DNA from: Nitrosopumilaceae archaeon | GTDB lineage: Archaea > Thermoproteota > Nitrososphaeria > Nitrososphaerales > Nitrosopumilaceae | DNA length: 64,000 nucleotides | Direction: 5' to 3' | NCBI GenBank assembly: GCA_965208905.1 | Contig: OZ242365.1 | Location: forward strand, 1,664,001-1,728,000 | Program-made: the position numbers and the translations under genes | In this document: positions 58,763 through 64,000 of the stretch, one piece after another | Layout: each line of letters starts with the position of its first letter | Position numbering within the stretch: the stretch's first letter is position 1 | The notes under the pieces: generated by a model | The model's input: the letters and a program-made list of their open reading frames with translations, nothing else | Told to the model about the DNA's origin: nothing | Database searches by the model: none

Positions 58763-59181
58763 TGTACAATATATGGAATGACAATTATAAAAATCCTTCA
58801 AGACTGTGGGTGGGAATTACACACATGGGTAGATGGCCACCAGATCTGCAGATGCAGCAACATATTATACGCCAGATTTGTCATTTACATCTGCATTGGA
58901 GAAGAATTTGGTATGTACAAGGTCGACTAGATGAACTGCCAACGAACGATATACGGGGGGTGGAGATGGTGGTTCGGTTAGACTAAGCGTGCAGAGTAAA
59001 GATGCAGGTCAGAGTTGTGGAATGGAAATGCAGGTGGTGAACTGCCGTTTCCACTCCGAGAACCGCGGCAATGTCCGGATGGCTAAGGTCAACAGGGAAC
59101 ACAACACGTGTTAGATTCAGATACGGTGGATAGACTACACGCCCTCATCACAAAGTTAACGGCTCCTCATCGGATCCGTCT

Positions 59182-60066
59182 TTAAATATTCTGATGTATC
59201 GTATTACACCACTGAATCAATTTAGAGACATCGGTGGTGGCCATCTCTGAGCCCAACAACTTTTTACCAGTATCACCACAGAATGCCAACCGTATATTTT
59301 TTGGCGTCTTTTTATGTATGGTACTTACGGCACTAGAGATAAAACGAAAGGCACTTAAATTTCCACCAAACACTATCAGTATCATAACTCCCGGCGTGCC
59401 CCGCCAAACCCGCCCTAGAAGTTTCTGCAGTTCCAGATCAAAGAATACGTCCATCACGCCGGAGACATCTCCCATATTATTAACATTCCACGCATCCGAA
59501 CGTAGAGATGCCGCAACAGACTGGCTTAAAATATCGTCTGTTGGCTCTGTATTCATCAGTATGCAGTTCTTTGTTTTATCCACATCTGATGAATCTCCTA
59601 GCGTATGCAAGGAACGTTTCAGTGTATCTTGAAGCAGCATCAACTCCAAACCGCCAATCTTTTGAGTCTCATACATGTGATTTATTGACTCAAATGCCGG
59701 CATTATGGTCTCTAAAATTAGTCTAGTTGGTGTCGCTCCTGAATAGACACAGTTTTCTAGCAGTCTTATGGCATCTTCAGCCCGGCCAGCTGTTATCATG
59801 TCCAGATATGCAGACTCCACTTTAAAGTAGTCCTGGGGGAATAGATAATCATCAAACCCCCTCTTCATATTCCATACAGTGACATTGCCCATTCTTTTGC
59901 CATACACTACGCCATGTTGCTCAAAGGATGTCAGATATCTACTTAATGTAATACGACTCATGCCCATCTTAGAGGCAAGCTCCACCCCCGACATACCAGC
60001 CTCAGACTCACTCAATATACGAATTAGTCTGCGGCGAACCTCATCTGTATCATAGCCACGTCCCAT
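59182..60066 (-). CDS. HTH transcriptional regulator with B12-binding-like domain
   Basis: GMSGVELASKMGMSRITLSRYL HTH; start probably MGRGY. Confidence 0.8.
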   Translation of the reverse strand: MGRGYDTDEVRRRLIRILSESEAGMSGVELASKMGMSRITLSRYLTSFEQHGVVYGKRMGNVTVWNMKRGFDDYLFPQDYFKVESAYLDMITAGRAEDAIRLLENCVYSGATPTRLILETIMPAFESINHMYETQKIGGLELMLLQDTLKRSLHTLGDSSDVDKTKNCILMNTEPTDDILSQSVAASLRSDAWNVNNMGDVSGVMDVFFDLELQKLLGRVWRGTPGVMILIVFGGNLSAFRFISSAVSTIHKKTPKNIRLAFCGDTGKKLLGSEMATTDVSKLIQWCNTIHQNI

Positions 60067-60349
60067 GCAATACATCACATTTACCACTTAAAAAAAGCAA
60101 TGTTGTGTGTTTGTCAACACTCCCATGTGTAAAGGATGAATAACACATCCTGACGGTACTGAGGTAATGCATAGTACTCGCCAAAAAAATGGAAAAACTC
60201 AGAATAAATTGATAGATATTACCGCCTCATCGCCTGTAGAGAGATGGTTGTGGAAGACGAACAAGCCTAAAGACATTATTGTTTGTAAAGAATAGTAATA
60301 CGGGCAGGCCGCTTCCGTCCCTGTGATAGTTCGGAGATACGTCAGGCCG

Positions 60350-61105
60350 CTATGGTACCAGCAGCCAGTCAAATATTTTGACTATTGGTATCTCACCGTT
60401 GCGTGTAATCTGCCTTATAGTATCCCGCATACTGTCCAGACCATCAAAGATGTCGGCGATGGCCACCCTTATTTCCCTCCACTCTATTAGATGGGGTTGA
60501 GCTGCGGGGTGTGGGGCGGCAGGTGCAGTATCTCTATGTCGCCACCCGAGTCGTCCAGACACTTTCGCATGGTTACGCCGGTGAGGGCGCTGGCGTTGTC
60601 CGCTATCATTTCCACCTTCCCATAACGTCGGTGCAGGTGTTTGATTAGCTCGACATAACTGGCGGCTGTCAGATTGTCATGAAACTGCAAATCCAGAGTA
60701 TCATCCCCAGGGCACCGATCATATGGATGGACCGCTTGATTGGGACCGTCTCCTTTCCTCCCCGGCGCTTTATTCCCCTGCGGGATACAGGCGAGTCGCG
60801 CAGGGTGGCTGCGTCAACTACCACTACCACGCGACCCTACGCCCCCCACCTGGATGTAGTTGCCCGTCCTTTCTTGATGAACTCCCTCTGCTCTTCTGGT
60901 GTGGCGCTGTTATACGGGGCAGGTCGTAGCTTTCTGACCGAGAATCCCAGTCGGTGCGCCAGCCGGATGGCCGACCTACTGCTGTACTGTACGCCGAACC
61001 GTTCCAGTATGTGTCTGGCAAGTATCTTGGCATTCCAACTGCCACGCACAAAGCCGCACTCGCGTGGCATCCCGTCTATGCCCCCTCCACTCGCGAAGGC
61101 GTGAG
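60350..61105 (-). pseudogene. Degraded IS630-family transposase
   Basis: Fragments WNAKILARHILERFGVQYS, IADNAS and LPPHTPQLNPI in different frames. Confidence 0.85.
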
Positions 61106-61110
61106 ATCGT

Positions 61111-61836
61111 CTAGCGGGGAGCACCGGAATTGACTAACGCATTAATTGTATCATATGTGTGCCTAGCCAGGGATACAGCAACATCTGCATCATCTTTGGT
61201 ATATTGACTGTCCGTATGGTACACATAGTCCCGCCAATAATTTACAGCATCAAAGTCAAGTGATATTGTACGATTTGGCAGCATACCATACAGTATACGT
61301 ACATCACGTGTACGCGGAAACCTCACGCCATTATACAGCAGATAGGATCTCAATGAATAATCTATCACAAGACTGTTATGAAAACACACCAGTCCGTAGT
61401 TTTTGCCTGTAGGTGTGATGTGCATCCTCGCCATATCTAGCCATTGCAGGGCACACCAGCCCAAGTCTGGCTCCTTTATCATGTAATCCAGTGGTTCAAC
61501 CTGATATAGTACTTGAACCCCATCAATACCCCGCAATACATCATGGATGGGCGAGCCATAGAGATTCGCATGCTTCCTTATACCTTCAATAGAGTAAGCG
61601 AATTTATTGATATCCTGTATGCCATCGGGGGCTTTTCGCGCCACATCCTTGACCATCATAATAATGTCAAGGGACCACTTGTCTGTGATGAAGAAGATGT
61701 CCAAGTCACTATCGGGCCGCTCGGTACCCCTCACCTGGGAGCCGAATATGGCAAGATATAGGAGTGTTGTGTTGGGATTTTCAAACGGTAGTGCATTGCG
61801 TATTGCTTCGACGGATGCGGTGGTTTGCCGGTTCAT
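61111..61836 (-). CDS. MNT-HEPN-like fusion, paralog 2
   Basis: IFGSQVRGTERPDSDLD; FPRTRDVRILY. Confidence 0.82.
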   Translation of the reverse strand: MNRQTTASVEAIRNALPFENPNTTLLYLAIFGSQVRGTERPDSDLDIFFITDKWSLDIIMMVKDVARKAPDGIQDINKFAYSIEGIRKHANLYGSPIHDVLRGIDGVQVLYQVEPLDYMIKEPDLGWCALQWLDMARMHITPTGKNYGLVCFHNSLVIDYSLRSYLLYNGVRFPRTRDVRILYGMLPNRTISLDFDAVNYWRDYVYHTDSQYTKDDADVAVSLARHTYDTINALVNSGAPR

Positions 61837-61930
61837 TCATTTTTTGGTGTATTGGTGCAATAAAAGAAGTACTTTAACTCCCCTCTAAATTCGGTCAGTG
61901 TCGTGATTTTGGAATCACACCGGTTTGTCG

Positions 61931-62665
61931 TCAAACATTTTTGGAATTTATCATTTTTTCGGTAGACTTGTATGCCTGCTTGGCCATGACTGCAACCATA
62001 CATGCCTCATCCTGCGACCAGTCACTTTCATTATCAAAATATTTGTCAGGTATGGTTGCGATAACATCAATGTCCAAAGGTGGGCGCCGCCCTGCCGGAA
62101 GTAAATTATACAGCACATGGAGGTCGCGCGCGAAGGGGAACTTTATCTTTTGCATACATAGGTTGGCGCGCAGTATATGGTCTATGACCTTCCACGCATA
62201 GAAACACACCATTCTTGGTTGCGACTCAGAATCAATTGTCTTTGAGAACATGTATACTTCTGCTGCCTTTAACCAACCCCTGGCGCTATTTGCGTAGTCG
62301 ATAGCATCGTGTAGTGGTATGTTAAACTCTGCTGACCGGTATAATGTTCTTGAACCATACCCACGCAATACACTATATTCAATCGTACCGTATACATTGA
62401 CATCCTTTAACAATTCTTCATCACATGTGTGTTGTATAATGGTGGCCATCTTTACACCACCTGGTATGCGCACTGTATTACGAATCACATTATGAGGTAA
62501 AGACTCTGGCGTTTTTACTACGTACAATATGTCCAAGTCACTATCGGGCCGCTCGGTACCCCTCACCTGGGAGCCGAATATCGCAAAGTATAACAGGCCT
62601 TCGGGAGGCTCGGCCAGTATATTCTGTTTGATGGATTGTACGGATACGGCGGCGCGTTTATTCAC
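61931..62665 (-). CDS. MNT-HEPN-like fusion, paralog 3
   Basis: IFGSQVRGTERPDSDLD; FPFARDLHVLY. Confidence 0.82.
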   Translation of the reverse strand: MNKRAAVSVQSIKQNILAEPPEGLLYFAIFGSQVRGTERPDSDLDILYVVKTPESLPHNVIRNTVRIPGGVKMATIIQHTCDEELLKDVNVYGTIEYSVLRGYGSRTLYRSAEFNIPLHDAIDYANSARGWLKAAEVYMFSKTIDSESQPRMVCFYAWKVIDHILRANLCMQKIKFPFARDLHVLYNLLPAGRRPPLDIDVIATIPDKYFDNESDWSQDEACMVAVMAKQAYKSTEKMINSKNV

Positions 62666-62666
62666 T

Positions 62667-62840
62667 TCAATTACATCCTAGATCGAGTTTACGCTGCTCC
62701 AAAATATCCCGTGCCTCCTCTAAGTCACAACCGTAGTCTACACCATACTTTCCGGCTTCTCTGATTTCATCTAATGTCTTTTCTATACTAGCACAGTCAT
62801 CCACACCTTCGGTGAAATTCTTTATCACGTCAAATTCAAC
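62667..62840 (-). pseudogene. 5'-truncated paralog of the 59-aa ORF at 10348-10527
   Basis: VEFDVIKNFTEGVDDCASIEKTLD...EQRKLDLGCN; no in-frame start after an upstream TGA. Confidence 0.6.
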
Positions 62841-63047
62841 GGTTCTGGGAAATCAACGGGACATGACATGTAGTGGGAAATTAGGGACATGGTTGCGTAA
62901 TAGTTATTTGTACATTACACATGATATAATTTGCCGTATAGACTAGTAGTTAGTTTAATCATTACGTTACCTGCATTACGGCCTCTACAGGTAACATCTA
63001 AGTTTATAGCCTAACTTTCACACCTCCCATCATTGAACCCAGTCGAT

Positions 63048-63490
63048 ATGGAGCATATTGAACTAAAGTATCTGAATGAAATCTCATGGTATCTTTCAAA
63101 TGAAAAGGACAAAATCATTAATCTTCTTCAGACAAAGGAGAGAATAAGAAATGACTGGAAAGACAAATTTGACAGAATAGAAAAAAAGAAACAGACTGGA
63201 GAAATGGCAAGGGGTTCTGAAAGGGTGTTTGGAATGTTATTCCCTAACACATGGCGGCCTAACAGCTCACCAATAGGCTCTGATTTTATGTTTGAGACGG
63301 TAGATGCAATCATTCACGTTGATATGAAAACTACACGTTATAGCAACAAAGCAGACCATAGAGGAAAGGTTCCGATAGGTAACAATCAAACGAGTTATAG
63401 TATAAACAACCCAAAGTGTGAATTTAAGGCAAACCTACCTACATTTTATACCATACATGATGAGAGAGAAATCAAAAAGATGTGTGTTAC
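63048..63490 (+). pseudogene. Type II restriction endonuclease-like gene interrupted by an IS3 element
   Basis: GSER...GSDFMFE...HVDMKT PD-(D/E)xK pattern; reads into the IS end. Confidence 0.6.
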
Positions 63491-64000
63491 TGGTGGGGAC
63501 CCCGCTAGAATGAGAACACTCACGTTCATACAGCTTAAAGTCGTAATGGGAGGGATGATGCCATGGTAAGAACAAAGTTTACTCCAGACCAAAAGATCCA
63601 GATCGTTTTGGAATCAATCAAGACCAATATTGGCACGGCCGAGCTGTGCCGCAAGCACAACGTTCATCCCCAAACGTTTCAAGCCTGGCGGCAAAAGTTC
63701 ATGGACGCAGGCAAGTCCGGACTGACCCATCACGGAAAGAAGGATCCGATAAAGGCCATCAAAAAGGAGAACGGCGACCTAAAGCGAATCATAGGGGATC
63801 TGACAATCGCAAACGACGCTTTAAAAAAAACCTTGGAGGCAAGCAACGATTGAACGCGGTAAAAATCATGCAGGAACAACATTTGAGCCTGCGCAAGTCG
63901 CTAGGGTATGCGGGCGTATCCAGGCGCCAATGGTACTACAAACCCAAGCCCAGAGACATGGGATTGAATCCGGATATATTGAGCACTGTGCTAGATACGA
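63491..64000 (+). mobile_element. IS3-family element (partial)
   Basis: TG-starting end; OrfA; slippery TTTAAAAAAAAC at ~63820; start of OrfB. Confidence 0.85.
63563..63853 (+). CDS. IS3-family transposase OrfA
   Basis: KFTPDQKIQIV, ELCRKHNV...WRQKF, ENGDLKRIIG...ALKK. Confidence 0.92.
   Translation: MVRTKFTPDQKIQIVLESIKTNIGTAELCRKHNVHPQTFQAWRQKFMDAGKSGLTHHGKKDPIKAIKKENGDLKRIIGDLTIANDALKKTLEASND

Overview
The window looks thaumarchaeal (Nitrosopumilaceae/Cenarchaeum-like), judged from a PEFG-CTERM protein, leaderless TATA promoters and the TFB and cupredoxin families. Positions 1 to ~58100 are part of a large integrated element: a tyrosine integrase abuts the 3' end of tRNA-Ile(GAT), and the other att site was not seen, so it probably lies left of the window. 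Positions ~58100-64000 are host flank. The element backbone carries three full-length and one truncated TFB paralog, PriL, a C5 methylase with three tandem TRD-like repeats, ArdC, HNH, an exonuclease, an atypical initiator tRNA-Met, a class III nucleotide cyclase, two TnpBs and a pilin/TadC/adhesin set. A defence and IS cargo island occupies ~28.9-46.9 kb. Main observations: (1) two element-specific promoter classes at fixed spacing (a C-rich BRE-TATA class with 17 copies, and TGTAAYCCWWWAACG with 6 copies, all before envelope/pilin genes) together with four TFBs with diverged recognition helices, suggesting a private TFB-based transcription programme; (2) an IS110 whose predicted bridge-RNA guides match its own junctions; (3) a 14.7-kb cargo unit with perfect 40-bp inverted ends that splits a gene, and a related end pair around a TnpB; (4) a (TAGTG)61 tract beside palindromic iteron-like sites; (5) a poly-G frameshift in a restriction endonuclease. 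All calls were made by eye; no searches were run.
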